A stretch of DNA of 64,000 bases, taken from positions 1 to 64,000 of the IMG/VR virus record IMGVR_UViG_3300023174_000141, one strand, 5' to 3'. Numbering within the stretch: the first letter of the stretch is position 1; each line of letters starts with the position of its first letter. This DNA comes from a virus. Below, in pieces: positions 8,646 to 17,759 of this stretch. The notes beneath the pieces are model-generated. The model saw only the letters and a program-made list of their open reading frames with translations, did not search any database and had not been told where the DNA came from. The translations under genes and the position numbers were made by a program.

Positions 8646-10810
8646 CCACAGAGCACGAGAACGAGAACGAGACTACCTTCGACAAGCCGGACACGGTGAA
8701 CGACGGGCTGGACCTGCTGCGCGTGTTGCAGAACCAGCTCTCGTCCACCGAGAAGACCAACCACCTCGCCGCCTGGTCGGCCATCCAGCGGCCCGAAGCG
8801 CTGGGCGCCATCGCCGACGCGTGGGTGGCGGACGAGGCGCAGGTCTCGGGGATGCTGGCCGTCATCGAGATGCTGCCCGGGCAGGTCACCCGCTGCCGGG
8901 CGCTGCGCTCCGCGCTCAAGCGACTCGTCACCGAGCGCCGGCGCGCCAGCCTCGACCGTGTTATCGGGGTCGTGCAGGACAACACGCTCATCTCCCTCGG
9001 CATCGCCTTGGGTGCGGGCGCTCCTCCTCCGGCGCTGGTCGAACCCCAGATGCTGGACTCCCTCAAGGTTCCCCGAGGCTACTCGGTGGACCCGACCGGC
9101 ATCTTCAAGCTGTCCGTCATGGCTGACGGAACGGCGGCGTCGACGCGCGTGGCGACTGCTCCCATCTTCATCGTGGGGCGGACGCACGACGTGCTGACCG
9201 GCACGGCGAAGCGCGTCCTGATGTGGCGCACCCCGGCGGGCTGGACGCAGCGGCCCATCGACCGCGGCGTTCTGATGAACGGGCAGAAGCTCATCGGGCT
9301 GGCCGACCTCGAGGTGCCGGTCACCTCGAACACCAGCGGCGCGGTGGTCGAGTGGCTGGCGGAGTTCGAGGCGGAGAACATGCACCGCTTCGGCGCCTCG
9401 CAGGCGGCGAGCCGCATGGGCTGGATCAACCAGGGCGGGGTGCACGGCTTCCTGCTGCCCGAATCGTTCTACTCCACGGCGCAGAGCGACGAGGCGAGCG
9501 ACATCGAGCTGGTGCCGCAGGTCGGCCTCGAGTCCGTGCTCGAGGGGTGGAAGCCGTCCGGTACCTGGGAGGGCTGGCTCGAGGCGATGGAGCTCATGCG
9601 CCCCTTCACCCCGATGTGGCTCGCGCTCTACGCCTCGTGTGCCGCGCCTATGCTGGAGATCCTCAACAGCCCGAGCTTCGTCGTGGACTTCAACGGCGAG
9701 ACCTCCAGCGGGAAGACGACGGCGATGCGCGTGGCGGCCAGCGTGTGGGGTCGCCCGGCCGACAACATGCCGACGGCGATGTACTCGTGGGACGCGACGA
9801 AGGTCTTCGTCGAGCGGCTGTGCGGGTTCCTCTGCAACCTGCCGGTCATCCTCGACGAGACGAAGCGGGCCAAGGACAGCAAGGTCGTGCGCGACGTGGT
9901 CTACGACTTCGCCAACGGGCAGGGTCGCGGGCGCGGGGCGCCGGACGGGACGCGCCAGACGGCGTCGTGGCGCAGCGTCATGCTCACCTCTGGCGAGGCG
10001 GCGGCCACCTCGTTCAGTCAGGACGGCGGCACCCGGGCGCGCGTGCTCTCCATCACGGGTCGCCCGATGGGCACGAACATGAAGGCCGGCGGCCCGGCGG
10101 CGGAAGAGCTGACCATGCTGTTGCAGGAGCACTACGGCCACCTCGGGCGCCGGCTCATGCACTACCTCGTCAGCGTGGCGGACCAGCACGAGGCGCTGCG
10201 CGAGATGTGGCGCGGGACGCGGGACCAGTACGCGGCGGTGGCGAAGACCGCGGTGAGCCGGCGGCACGCGGGCAACCTCGCGACGCTGCACCTCGCCTCG
10301 AACATCGTGCACGCGCTCGGCGTGCCGGTGCCCGAAGAGGACCCGATGGCCTTCGCGCTCGAGGCCGTCATGCAGATCGAGACCGAGAAGGACCGGCCGC
10401 ACGCCGCGTTCATCGAGGTCATCGGCTGGTGCGCCGCGAACCAGAACCGCTTCTGGGGGCGCCACGAGGTGGACCGGGACGACAAGGTCCGCGTGCCGGG
10501 CCGCGGCTGGGCCGGCGCCTGGGACGGGCGCGAGGACTGGGGCGTCATCAGCCTCATGCCCAACGTGCTGCGTGAGGTGCTGGAGCCGATGGGCTTCCAG
10601 GTGGAGGAGATCATCGACCGCTGGGCGGAGCGCGGCTGGATCGTGCACTCCGAGCGGGCGAGCGGCGGGAAGATGGTGCGGAGCCGCACGACGGTGGTGC
10701 GCATCCACGGTGCGCCCATGCGGGTCTACCAGTTCAGCCGCATGTCCGTCGACAACCACGTCGCCGACGACGAGGTGGCCCGGGGCAACGCCGAGGAGAC
10801 GCCGACGTGA
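8642..10810 (+). CDS. DUF927-domain replicative helicase (Cch-like AAA+)
   Basis: RMGW, Walker A GETSSGKTT..AASVWG, LPVILDE, NGQGRGRG, W..VMLTSGE, HYGHLG. Confidence 0.88.
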   Translation: MTTEHENENETTFDKPDTVNDGLDLLRVLQNQLSSTEKTNHLAAWSAIQRPEALGAIADAWVADEAQVSGMLAVIEMLPGQVTRCRALRSALKRLVTERRRASLDRVIGVVQDNTLISLGIALGAGAPPPALVEPQMLDSLKVPRGYSVDPTGIFKLSVMADGTAASTRVATAPIFIVGRTHDVLTGTAKRVLMWRTPAGWTQRPIDRGVLMNGQKLIGLADLEVPVTSNTSGAVVEWLAEFEAENMHRFGASQAASRMGWINQGGVHGFLLPESFYSTAQSDEASDIELVPQVGLESVLEGWKPSGTWEGWLEAMELMRPFTPMWLALYASCAAPMLEILNSPSFVVDFNGETSSGKTTAMRVAASVWGRPADNMPTAMYSWDATKVFVERLCGFLCNLPVILDETKRAKDSKVVRDVVYDFANGQGRGRGAPDGTRQTASWRSVMLTSGEAAATSFSQDGGTRARVLSITGRPMGTNMKAGGPAAEELTMLLQEHYGHLGRRLMHYLVSVADQHEALREMWRGTRDQYAAVAKTAVSRRHAGNLATLHLASNIVHALGVPVPEEDPMAFALEAVMQIETEKDRPHAAFIEVIGWCAANQNRFWGRHEVDRDDKVRVPGRGWAGAWDGREDWGVISLMPNVLREVLEPMGFQVEEIIDRWAERGWIVHSERASGGKMVRSRTTVVRIHGAPMRVYQFSRMSVDNHVADDEVARGNAEETPT

Positions 10811-11346
10811 GCCAGTGGGGACCCCGCAAGCCGAAGGTGACGACGGTGATGCGGGTGCCCGCGCACCACGAGGTGTTCGTGTCCAAGGCGTCGGGAGAGC
10901 TCGCGCTCTTCTGGCGTCGGGCGGACGACGACGCGCTGGGTGTGCTGGGCTCCCTGCGTTCTCTCGGGCGGCCAGTCACAGCGGAGCACGCCGAGCGGGC
11001 GGTGGCGCTGCTGCGTGAGATCGGGGAGCCGGGCGCGCTGCGCCTCGCGGCCACGCTCGACCGCGCCTGCACCGAGCAGGAGATGGTGGTGACGTGGCAC
11101 CACGAACCGCTGCCCCCGGGCATGGTGCGGAAGGACAAGCCGAAGCGCTGCGTCTACTACACCGAGCCGCTCACGAAGCGGCGCTGTCAGGCGGTCGGGC
11201 TCTACTCGGTGGCCGGCGCGTGCGGCACCTTCTGCGAGCTGCATGGGCGGCGCACCGCTGTCCGGCTGGAGCGGCGGCCGAACCTTCGAGCGAAGAAAGA
11301 GTACGCCCGAAAGAAGAACAAGGGAACCCCAACGACTACGTCGTAA
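10807..11346 (+). CDS. Hypothetical protein with C-terminal C-C-C-H zinc finger
   Basis: RCVY..RC...FCELHG; GTGA overlap. Confidence 0.7.
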   Translation: MSQWGPRKPKVTTVMRVPAHHEVFVSKASGELALFWRRADDDALGVLGSLRSLGRPVTAEHAERAVALLREIGEPGALRLAATLDRACTEQEMVVTWHHEPLPPGMVRKDKPKRCVYYTEPLTKRRCQAVGLYSVAGACGTFCELHGRRTAVRLERRPNLRAKKEYARKKNKGTPTTTS

Positions 11347-11405
11347 CACGGGGCGCAAGTTACGCAAGGGCTTGACGCTGCGGTTATGCTGCTCGCGGAG
11401 GCAGC

Positions 11406-12002
11406 ATGCCGAAGACCGAGAAGCCGGTGCAGCCCGGCCCCAGCATCAACGCCGTGAAGCTCCCAGGCATGGCGCACACCGACAACGCGGTGGCGCCGTC
11501 CTTCGGGCCTCCGGCGTCTTCGCGCGCCCGCACCATCTCCGTCACGCCTGCGGTGGAGAGCGAGGTCGTGGAGATGCTGGCGGAGCAGACGAAGTTCGCG
11601 ACCGAGCCCGAGACCCGGGCCATCGCCATCCAGCTCCTCGGCGCGGGGTACACGGTGCGCGACGTGGCGCGGCGCCTGTCCGTCCGGGCGCACATCGTGT
11701 GGGGCTGGGCGGAGGAGCCGGCCGTGAAGACGGCCATCGAGAAGGGCCGGATGCTGCGGAAGCAGAGCCTCGGCCAGGAGCTCGAAGACGCAGCGGAGGC
11801 GGCGCTGGGCACGCTCATCGACCTGATGCAGGACGAGGGCACGACCCCGAAGGACCGGCTCAAGGCGGCCGAGATCATCCTCGACCGCTGCGGGCTGGTC
11901 GAGCTGCCGACGAAGCAGGCCCAGGTGGAGACGGCCGTGCGCGTCGACGTGGACTTCGACGAGCGCCTCGCGCGCATCGTGGCGGCGAGCCGGCCGGCCT
12001 AA
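11406..12002 (+). CDS. HTH protein, terminase small subunit-like
   Basis: HTH (GYTVRDVARRLSV..HIVWGW) followed by ALGTLIDLM..DRLKAAEIILDRCG. Confidence 0.6.
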   Translation: MPKTEKPVQPGPSINAVKLPGMAHTDNAVAPSFGPPASSRARTISVTPAVESEVVEMLAEQTKFATEPETRAIAIQLLGAGYTVRDVARRLSVRAHIVWGWAEEPAVKTAIEKGRMLRKQSLGQELEDAAEAALGTLIDLMQDEGTTPKDRLKAAEIILDRCGLVELPTKQAQVETAVRVDVDFDERLARIVAASRPA

Positions 12003-12008
12003 ACGAAA

Positions 12009-12033
12009 AGACCCCGGCGCGTGGCCGGGGTCT
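12009..12033. terminator. Hairpin terminator between convergent blocks
   Basis: AGACCCCGGC-gcgtg-GCCGGGGTCT preceded by an A-tract. Confidence 0.8.
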
Positions 12034-12044
12034 GGTTCGTTGGG

Positions 12045-12440
12045 TCAGCAGATGTAGGTCTGGCGGTGCGCGGTCCAGAATCTCTTCTCGCGCCAGTAGC
12101 TAGACATCGTCACGCTGATCATGCAGTTCTTCGGGTCGAGCAGGTTCAGAACCCAGTTCGACAGGTCAGGTCCTGCGAGACCGTTCGACTTCCCGTAGGC
12201 GAGGAGGCAGCGCTGCACGCCAGCCCACGCGCTGGCCTCGACTTGCTCTCGCGTGTTTCCCGGCCCAGTAGCGTACCCTCGGCAGGCGTAGTTCTCGAGA
12301 GGGGCCACGGTGTAGACCAGCATCTCGTTGGCGGGCACGTTGATGCTCCAGCGCGGAGGCGCCTCGCCCGCCGCGCCGACCAGCCTCGGTCTCGCCAGCT
12401 CCTCTCCGAAGGCCAGCGCCACGAGCAGCAGAGCGGTCAC
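12045..12440 (-). CDS. Hypothetical protein with N-terminal hydrophobic/signal segment
   Basis: MTALLLVALAFG; overlaps the upstream stop. Confidence 0.65.
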   Translation of the reverse strand: MTALLLVALAFGEELARPRLVGAAGEAPPRWSINVPANEMLVYTVAPLENYACRGYATGPGNTREQVEASAWAGVQRCLLAYGKSNGLAGPDLSNWVLNLLDPKNCMISVTMSSYWREKRFWTAHRQTYIC

Positions 12441-12949
12441 GTCTCGACGCCGAGGATGGAGAGCAGGCCGCGCCGCTGTTCCGTCACGCTCTGCGCCATC
12501 GCCTCGTGCTGACGTCGCACGTCAGCCAACCGGAGCGCGAGGTCGTCGCGCTGCTTGAGTGCGCGGTCGCGCTCCTGCCGCGCTCGCTCTACGTTGTCCT
12601 CCCCAGCCTTAAGTTGCCCGAGGTAGGTCCTCACGAGGGCGTCGGCGGCTTGCTTGTCCTGCTCTGCCTGCCACGCCAACTTGGTGAGTCGCTGGTTCTC
12701 CTTCGTGAGCTGCACCACCTCGGCGGCGAGGTCGCGCTCGGTGAGCTTCGCGTCCGCGAGCTGGCCGCGCAGGTCGACGTTGGACTCGTGCAGCGACCGG
12801 ATGGTGGCGTCGAGGTCAGGCTCCGGCTCGGGCGGCTCGGTGTGAACCGCCAACATCAGCTTCTCGACATTCATCATGGTCGCCTGGACCTCGAGGTTGA
12901 GGCGCAGCACGGCGCGCTCCAGCTCGTCGATGCGTGTGCTCCCGATCAT
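12437..12949 (-). CDS. Coiled-coil hypothetical protein
   Basis: ATG at 12949 after GGAGG; heptad repeats. Confidence 0.7.
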   Translation of the reverse strand: MIGSTRIDELERAVLRLNLEVQATMMNVEKLMLAVHTEPPEPEPDLDATIRSLHESNVDLRGQLADAKLTERDLAAEVVQLTKENQRLTKLAWQAEQDKQAADALVRTYLGQLKAGEDNVERARQERDRALKQRDDLALRLADVRRQHEAMAQSVTEQRRGLLSILGVET

Positions 12950-13146
12950 ACTGACCTCCAGCCGTGGATGCCCGACAGGGCGAACGTGCGGACCCGGTCG
13001 TCCTCGGTGCGTTCGAGGTCGACGGCATCGACCAGCCATTGAGGGCCGGGGTGCCACGACACCTCGCCGAAGTAGAACCGGATGGGCTTGATGCGGCGCT
13101 GGCGGCGCTCGCCTCGCCAGTTGGTGTAGTCGATGACGGCTCTCAT
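12946..13146 (-). CDS. Stand-alone WYL-like domain protein
   Basis: IDYTNWRGERRQRRIKP...WLVDAVDLE...RTFALSGI. Confidence 0.75.
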   Translation of the reverse strand: MRAVIDYTNWRGERRQRRIKPIRFYFGEVSWHPGPQWLVDAVDLERTEDDRVRTFALSGIHGWRSV

Positions 13147-13454
13147 GGCTTCCTCTTCTTCGGCTTCGGCTTGGGTTCGTGGACGATGTCGGTGTCCGGC
13201 TCGACGATGTCCTGCACGAGGACGGCCGGCGCCACGGGCCCCATCGGGGCGCGGGTTGGGACGTAGGTGCAGGAGAGCGCGCTGCCCCTGTGGTAGCAGG
13301 ACACGCCGTCCTCGTAGTCTACCCGGGTCGTCTCGCTCGCGAGCATGGCCCGAATGTCCGGCTTCTCGGAGCAGGACCGGAGACCTCCGATGACGAGGAG
13401 CCCGACGAGGATCAGGGCGGCGGCCGTGGCCGTGGTGCGACTGTACTCACGCAT
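13143..13454 (-). CDS. Membrane-anchored hypothetical protein
   Basis: AAALILVGLLVIGG transmembrane segment; GVSCY...ALSC. Confidence 0.65.
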   Translation of the reverse strand: MREYSRTTATAAALILVGLLVIGGLRSCSEKPDIRAMLASETTRVDYEDGVSCYHRGSALSCTYVPTRAPMGPVAPAVLVQDIVEPDTDIVHEPKPKPKKRKP

Positions 13455-13884
13455 CGTTGAAGTCCTCGCAGTCATCGCGGAAGGCCCACGAGAAGCTCTT
13501 CCAGTCGCGGCTGTCCTCGTCGTGCATGGCCGTGGCGAGCCACGACAGGGAGAGCTGGAGCAGCTCGTCGGCGGCGGCCACGTTGCCGGAGGTGAGCATG
13601 AGGGGCTCAAGCTCGGCGGCCCGGTCGGCCTCCGCCTGGGCGACCTTCACGTCCACGTCCACGGAGACGCGGACCCACGTCGTATCGCCCTCGCGCCGGG
13701 CCGTGCGCTGGCGGCTGTCGATGAGGTCAGCGAGGCCGCGCAGCGTGGCGCTCAGGGCCTCGCGCTCGTCGCGCCCGGAGCGCGTCACGGTGGCGCCGGC
13801 CCCAATGCCGGGGAGCGTCATCGTGGCGACGGCTCGGTTGTCGTCAGCGGCGAGCGAGATGGTCACGGGTTCACGGGTTCTCAT
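13447..13884 (-). CDS. Hypothetical protein
   Basis: Coding-like codon usage; the start may instead be GTG at 13866. Confidence 0.65.
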   Translation of the reverse strand: MRTREPVTISLAADDNRAVATMTLPGIGAGATVTRSGRDEREALSATLRGLADLIDSRQRTARREGDTTWVRVSVDVDVKVAQAEADRAAELEPLMLTSGNVAAADELLQLSLSWLATAMHDEDSRDWKSFSWAFRDDCEDFNDA

Positions 13885-14023
13885 TGTCGTCGTCCTCGTC
13901 GTCCCAGGGGTTGTGGAAGTGAGCGTCGGGGGTGATCTGGTAGCCCACGATCAGCATGATGTAGGCGATCAGCATGCTGGCGGGGCAGAGCAGGCCCCCC
14001 AGCGTAGTGTAGATGGGGTTCAT
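13871..14023 (-). CDS. 50-aa membrane peptide with acidic tail
   Basis: MNPIYTTLGGLLCPASMLIAYIMLIVGY...WDDEDDDNENP; ATGA overlap. Confidence 0.55.
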   Translation of the reverse strand: MNPIYTTLGGLLCPASMLIAYIMLIVGYQITPDAHFHNPWDDEDDDNENP

Positions 14024-14256
14024 GCGACACGCGTGCGGGCGAGGCGGTGCTCGACCTCAGCGTAGGCGCGAGACTCCATCCAAGGCTGCGCGGCGATGAC
14101 CTCCCACCCGTCGTCCTCGGTAGCGGCGCGGACCTCGTCCACCTCCACCACCAGCGTGCGGTAGGCCCGGTCGCCCACCGGGAGGAGGTCGTAGGTGTAG
14201 GTCACGTCGGCCTCGAAGATGCAGCCGTCGTTGTCGTAGAACGTGATCGTCATCAT
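14020..14256 (-). CDS. Small acidic hypothetical protein
   Basis: SD GGAG; 78 aa. Confidence 0.7.
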   Translation of the reverse strand: MMTITFYDNDGCIFEADVTYTYDLLPVGDRAYRTLVVEVDEVRAATEDDGWEVIAAQPWMESRAYAEVEHRLARTRVA

Positions 14257-14314
14257 GGTGGTCTCCGTTTGCGTGCGGTGTTACAGCGTAGCTGTCGGGG
14301 GCCCTGCGTATTCT

Positions 14315-14554
14315 CTACGGCGCTTCGGCCATGAGACGCTCACCTGGGCGCGCCTCCACGGCGCTGAGCATGTCGAGGTAGATGAGGGCGCGCTTGAGGC
14401 CGTCCACCTTGCCCTTGGCGTAGTCGCCCTGCATCCCGGCGTAGGTGGCGGCGAACTCTTCGAGGTTGCGGCGGATGATCGCGACGCGCTGGCCGATGTA
14501 CTTGAGGCGCATCTCGGGAGTGAGCAGGGCGAAGTATTCGGACTCGGTCATCAT
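14315..14554 (-). CDS. Small hypothetical protein
   Basis: ATG at 14554 after GGAG, downstream of a promoter. Confidence 0.7.
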   Translation of the reverse strand: MMTESEYFALLTPEMRLKYIGQRVAIIRRNLEEFAATYAGMQGDYAKGKVDGLKRALIYLDMLSAVEARPGERLMAEAP

Positions 14555-14578
14555 GGCGTGCTCCGGGGTGGCGTGTAC

Positions 14579-14607
14579 TATGTAGCGGTGCGGTAAGGTG
14601 TCGTCAA
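14579..14607 (-). promoter_or_regulatory. sigma70-like promoter with overlapping operator-like palindrome
   Basis: Minus strand TTGACG-17 nt-TACATA; TAGCGGTGCGGTA at 14583-14595. Confidence 0.6.
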
Positions 14608-14707
14608 GCGGGAGCCGGAAGGGACGCACGTTGGAGGCGCTGTCGCGGGTCAACGTGCTCGGGCGCTCGAACGTGCGCCCCTTGCGGCCCCCGCTGGGGC
14701 CTGGGTT

Positions 14708-16129
14708 CTACGCCTCGGCGCGCTGCGCGAGGACCGGGAGGAGGGCACCGGCGGCCCGCTCGACGCGCCACCGCTGGGCCTCGTCGAGGAGGCCGTCGTG
14801 CGCGGCCCGGGTCACGGCGTTGAAGATGTCGGCGAGGGTCTCGCCCGGCTCGGCGTCGAAGCCGCGGAGGAGGGCCTCGACCATGACGTCGCGGCCGACG
14901 TCCGGGTCCAGCTCGCCGCTGGTGACGAGCCCCTTGAGGAACGCCTTGGGGTCGTTGGCCTTGCTCACCTTGGCGAGCGGGGTCTCCCGGAGGATGCCCC
15001 ACGCGTCGAGGAAGAACCGGGCTGCCTCGCCGGTGCGGTTGACGAGGTCGCCCACGTCCTGCTGGATCTTGGCCAGTCCCTGGCTCGTGAGGTCCGCCAC
15101 CCGGCTGCCCTTGTGCACGCGGCGGAGGGACTCGTTGCCGAAGTCGCCGGTCGTGCAGTTGATGCAGATGATCCGGGTGAACGTGTTGCCGCCACGGTGG
15201 GAGCCGCTGCCGGCGTCGTTGGTGCGGGCGGAGATGCCGGACTCGAACACGTCGCCGACGCTGGGCCGGAAGCTCTGCGGCGCGTGCCACGTCGCCCGGA
15301 TGGTCACGTCCGTGGTCTCGCCGTTGTAGGCGATGGCCCCTCGGGGGTCCGGCAGACCCAGCGCGTCGAGGGTCTCGACGTATGCGTTGAGCACGCGGTC
15401 GGCGTCCATCGGCATGTACGTCGGGCTCACCGCGGCGAAGGCGCGCCAGCCGCCGACGTTGCGGAGCCTGAGCCGGAGGTTGCGCTCGTCGTCGGTGTAC
15501 CACTCATGCAGTCGGCCAAGCTGGGCGTTGACCGCCTCGGCGCGGGCGGCCGGGTCGAGCATGGACAGGAAGGTCCACGCGTTGGGGAAGGCGCGGGGGA
15601 ACCGGCCGATGATCCCCTTCAGCGCGTTGGGTTCGAGGGCGATGGGCTGGCGGCCCCGGGTAAGCTGGCCGTCGGCCGTGAGGCGCAGGGCCTTGGCGTC
15701 GCCCAGCACCATGTCGCGCCGGTCCTCGGAGCGGATGACGTCGATCACCTCGCGGGCCGCGTCCCGGAAGACGGGCAGGTTCTCGTGCCGCTTGGCGAGG
15801 GAGCCGAACTTGGCGCGCCCCTCGGGGAGCATCTCGGTGCCGGCGGCGAACCACGTCGGAGGCGGCGCGAAGCCGCGCGCCTTGAGGAACTTCTCGGCGG
15901 CGACAATGCGGGCCTGGGCCTCGGGGTCCACGTCCACGCCGGGGCGGAGCGTGACCGGCCTGGGTGCCGGCACCTCGACGACGTCGACGGGGACGAGCTT
16001 CCCTTCGAAGCCCGCCTCGGCGTAGGCCCGCATGATGACGTCACGGGGGCCCTCGCCGACGTTACCGTCGGGGTGGAGCCAGCGGAGGCGGGCGGGGAGG
16101 TTGGTGCTGTTGTCGGTGTTGGGGGTCAT
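14708..16129 (-). CDS. DUF932-like protein
   Basis: AVSPTY.PMD, GDVFESGI..TND.GSGS, RIICINC, RRVHKG, IFNAVT; ATG at 16129 after AGGAG. Confidence 0.7.
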   Translation of the reverse strand: MTPNTDNSTNLPARLRWLHPDGNVGEGPRDVIMRAYAEAGFEGKLVPVDVVEVPAPRPVTLRPGVDVDPEAQARIVAAEKFLKARGFAPPPTWFAAGTEMLPEGRAKFGSLAKRHENLPVFRDAAREVIDVIRSEDRRDMVLGDAKALRLTADGQLTRGRQPIALEPNALKGIIGRFPRAFPNAWTFLSMLDPAARAEAVNAQLGRLHEWYTDDERNLRLRLRNVGGWRAFAAVSPTYMPMDADRVLNAYVETLDALGLPDPRGAIAYNGETTDVTIRATWHAPQSFRPSVGDVFESGISARTNDAGSGSHRGGNTFTRIICINCTTGDFGNESLRRVHKGSRVADLTSQGLAKIQQDVGDLVNRTGEAARFFLDAWGILRETPLAKVSKANDPKAFLKGLVTSGELDPDVGRDVMVEALLRGFDAEPGETLADIFNAVTRAAHDGLLDEAQRWRVERAAGALLPVLAQRAEA

Positions 16130-16212
16130 GGTGCGTTCTCCTGGGTGGTGCAGTCTACTATGTCGGGGTGGTATGAGTGTCGAGGGTGGCCGGGCATATT
16201 CTCGGCGGCCGG

Positions 16213-16509
16213 TTAGAAGCTGTCCGCCTGTGCTCCCCACAGGCAAGCCGCCGCGGCATTCGCACACAGCGCGCCCTGCCGGGCGGCCTCGCGCATGTCG
16301 GCGTCACGACCGGCGGCGGCCCACCGCTCGGCGGCCACAGTCCACAGCCGGGCGGCCTCGACGTAGGCGCGGGCGGCGGTCTGGAGGAACCCCTCCCGGG
16401 CGTCGGCGTCGCCGACCTGGGCCCAGCGCTCGGCGGTGTCCTCCGCGGCGGTGGCCTCCGCCTCGCGGAAGTCGATCACGTCGGCGGGTGTTGCGTTGTA
16501 GTCGGTCAC
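16213..16509 (-). CDS. Ala-rich helical hypothetical protein
   Basis: SD AGGAGG; AARAYVEAARLW. Confidence 0.7.
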   Translation of the reverse strand: MTDYNATPADVIDFREAEATAAEDTAERWAQVGDADAREGFLQTAARAYVEAARLWTVAAERWAAAGRDADMREAARQGALCANAAAACLWGAQADSF

Positions 16510-16605
16510 TTGATACCTCCTGCATGTTGGGGACGTGTGCGTTTACGGTGTCGGGCACCGGCTCCCGGCACGCCGGGCTAGGGCGTGTCGGGCGTCGAGG
16601 TCCGG

Positions 16606-16893
16606 CTAGCCGTTAAGGTCGGCGGCCCAGCCTTCCGTATAGGCGGCAGCGCGGGTGAGAAGGTCTGCCCGGTCGAGGTCCGCCTGGGTGCCTCCGTCGA
16701 CGGCGGCAGCCTCGCGGAGGATGGACGCGGCCTCGCGGAGGTGGATCGCGGATCGCCGGTACTCGTCCTGGGCCTTATCGAACCGGCCCGCCCTTTCGTA
16801 GTCCTCCGCGTGGCCGTCGCACCGGTCGCTCCAGCTTTCGCGGGCGTTGGCGTCGGCGCGCAGGCGGGAGGCGGGGGTGAGGTAGGGATCCAT
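16606..16893 (-). CDS. Ala-rich helical hypothetical protein
   Basis: SD GGAG; YERAGRFDKA..SAIHLREAA. Confidence 0.7.
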   Translation of the reverse strand: MDPYLTPASRLRADANARESWSDRCDGHAEDYERAGRFDKAQDEYRRSAIHLREAASILREAAAVDGGTQADLDRADLLTRAAAYTEGWAADLNG

Positions 16894-16896
16894 GTG

Positions 16897-17043
16897 CTAG
16901 CTCCGGGAGGTGTCGACGATCACGCCGACGATTAGGAACAGGGGGGCGCCGGCGGCTACCAGCCCGGCGAGGTCAACCATACCGACGGCGAGGCACGCGC
17001 CGGCCGTGGCCACAAGGGCCGCGAAGCTGTAGACGCCGATCAT
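16897..17043 (-). CDS. 48-aa hydrophobic peptide (about two TM segments)
   Basis: MIGVYSFAALVATAGACLAVGMVDLAGLVAAGAPLFLIVGVIVDTSRS; ATGA overlap. Confidence 0.55.
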   Translation of the reverse strand: MIGVYSFAALVATAGACLAVGMVDLAGLVAAGAPLFLIVGVIVDTSRS

Positions 17044-17357
17044 GCGCGCACCGCGTCGACCTGGGTGCACCGGGCGCGGACCTTATCGGCGTCCGCGAGG
17101 GCCTCCGCGCCTGCGAGGAGGCAGCCGTCCGCGCAGTCCGCGTCACTCTCCCGGCCGCCCGGGGAATGACGGGCCGCCAGCCATAGCCCGGCCGCCTTGT
17201 GCCAAAGCGTCGCGGCGCGTTCCCATTCCGTCGACGTGTCGACGTTGATCGCGGCGGACTCCGCGCACGTCGCGAGGTATTCGACCTCGCGCGCGGCGCG
17301 GCGCGCCTGTCCCGCGAGCGTAAGAGGGCCGTGGCCCCAAAGGTGGCGCCGGTTCAC
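17040..17357 (-). CDS. Ala-rich helical hypothetical protein
   Basis: WERAATLWHKAAGLW; GTGA overlap. Confidence 0.6.
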   Translation of the reverse strand: MNRRHLWGHGPLTLAGQARRAAREVEYLATCAESAAINVDTSTEWERAATLWHKAAGLWLAARHSPGGRESDADCADGCLLAGAEALADADKVRARCTQVDAVRA

Positions 17358-17599
17358 GCGGACACCGCGGCCGCGAAGCGCCAGCCCGTGCGGGTGCCCT
17401 CGGAGGCGGCGTACACCTTGACTGCGCCGAGCTTTGCGCCCAGCGCCCGGGCCGCTTGCTCGTGGGTACCGTAAATGCCGGCCGCGTGATCGAATGGCAC
17501 GCGGGCGGTGACGCGGCGGCCGTCGACAGTTGCGGAAGCGGTGACGCGCGAGCCGCGGGTATTCGTGGGGCCGCTGTAGCGAGTGGTGATCGTGATCAT
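17354..17599 (-). CDS. Small phage protein (TRYSGPTNTRGSRV motif)
   Basis: SD GAGG; motif recalled from small phage early proteins. Confidence 0.8.
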   Translation of the reverse strand: MITITTRYSGPTNTRGSRVTASATVDGRRVTARVPFDHAAGIYGTHEQAARALGAKLGAVKVYAASEGTRTGWRFAAAVSA

Positions 17600-17653
17600 G
17601 TTGACCTCTAGTTGGGTTCGTGTGCGCCGGGGTTCGTCCCCCCGGCTGTTAGG

Positions 17654-17682
17654 AATGTACCGTGGCGGTATGGTGTAGTCAA
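17654..17682 (-). promoter_or_regulatory. sigma70-like promoter with palindromic operator
   Basis: Minus strand TTGACT-17 nt-TACATT; TACCGTGGCGGTA at 17658-17670. Confidence 0.75.
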
Positions 17683-17759
17683 GCCGCCCCGGTAGATTTA
17701 TTTCGGGGTCGCGCCGGTCGGGGTTGACCTTGGCTCACCTTGCCCCGGCCGGCGGGCGT

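Noticed and set aside
3003-13882. GAGAACCCGTGA (ENP-stop) at 3003 (+) and 13882 (-)
   Set aside because: Only 12 bp in two copies, partly constrained by stop/start overlap; may be chance.
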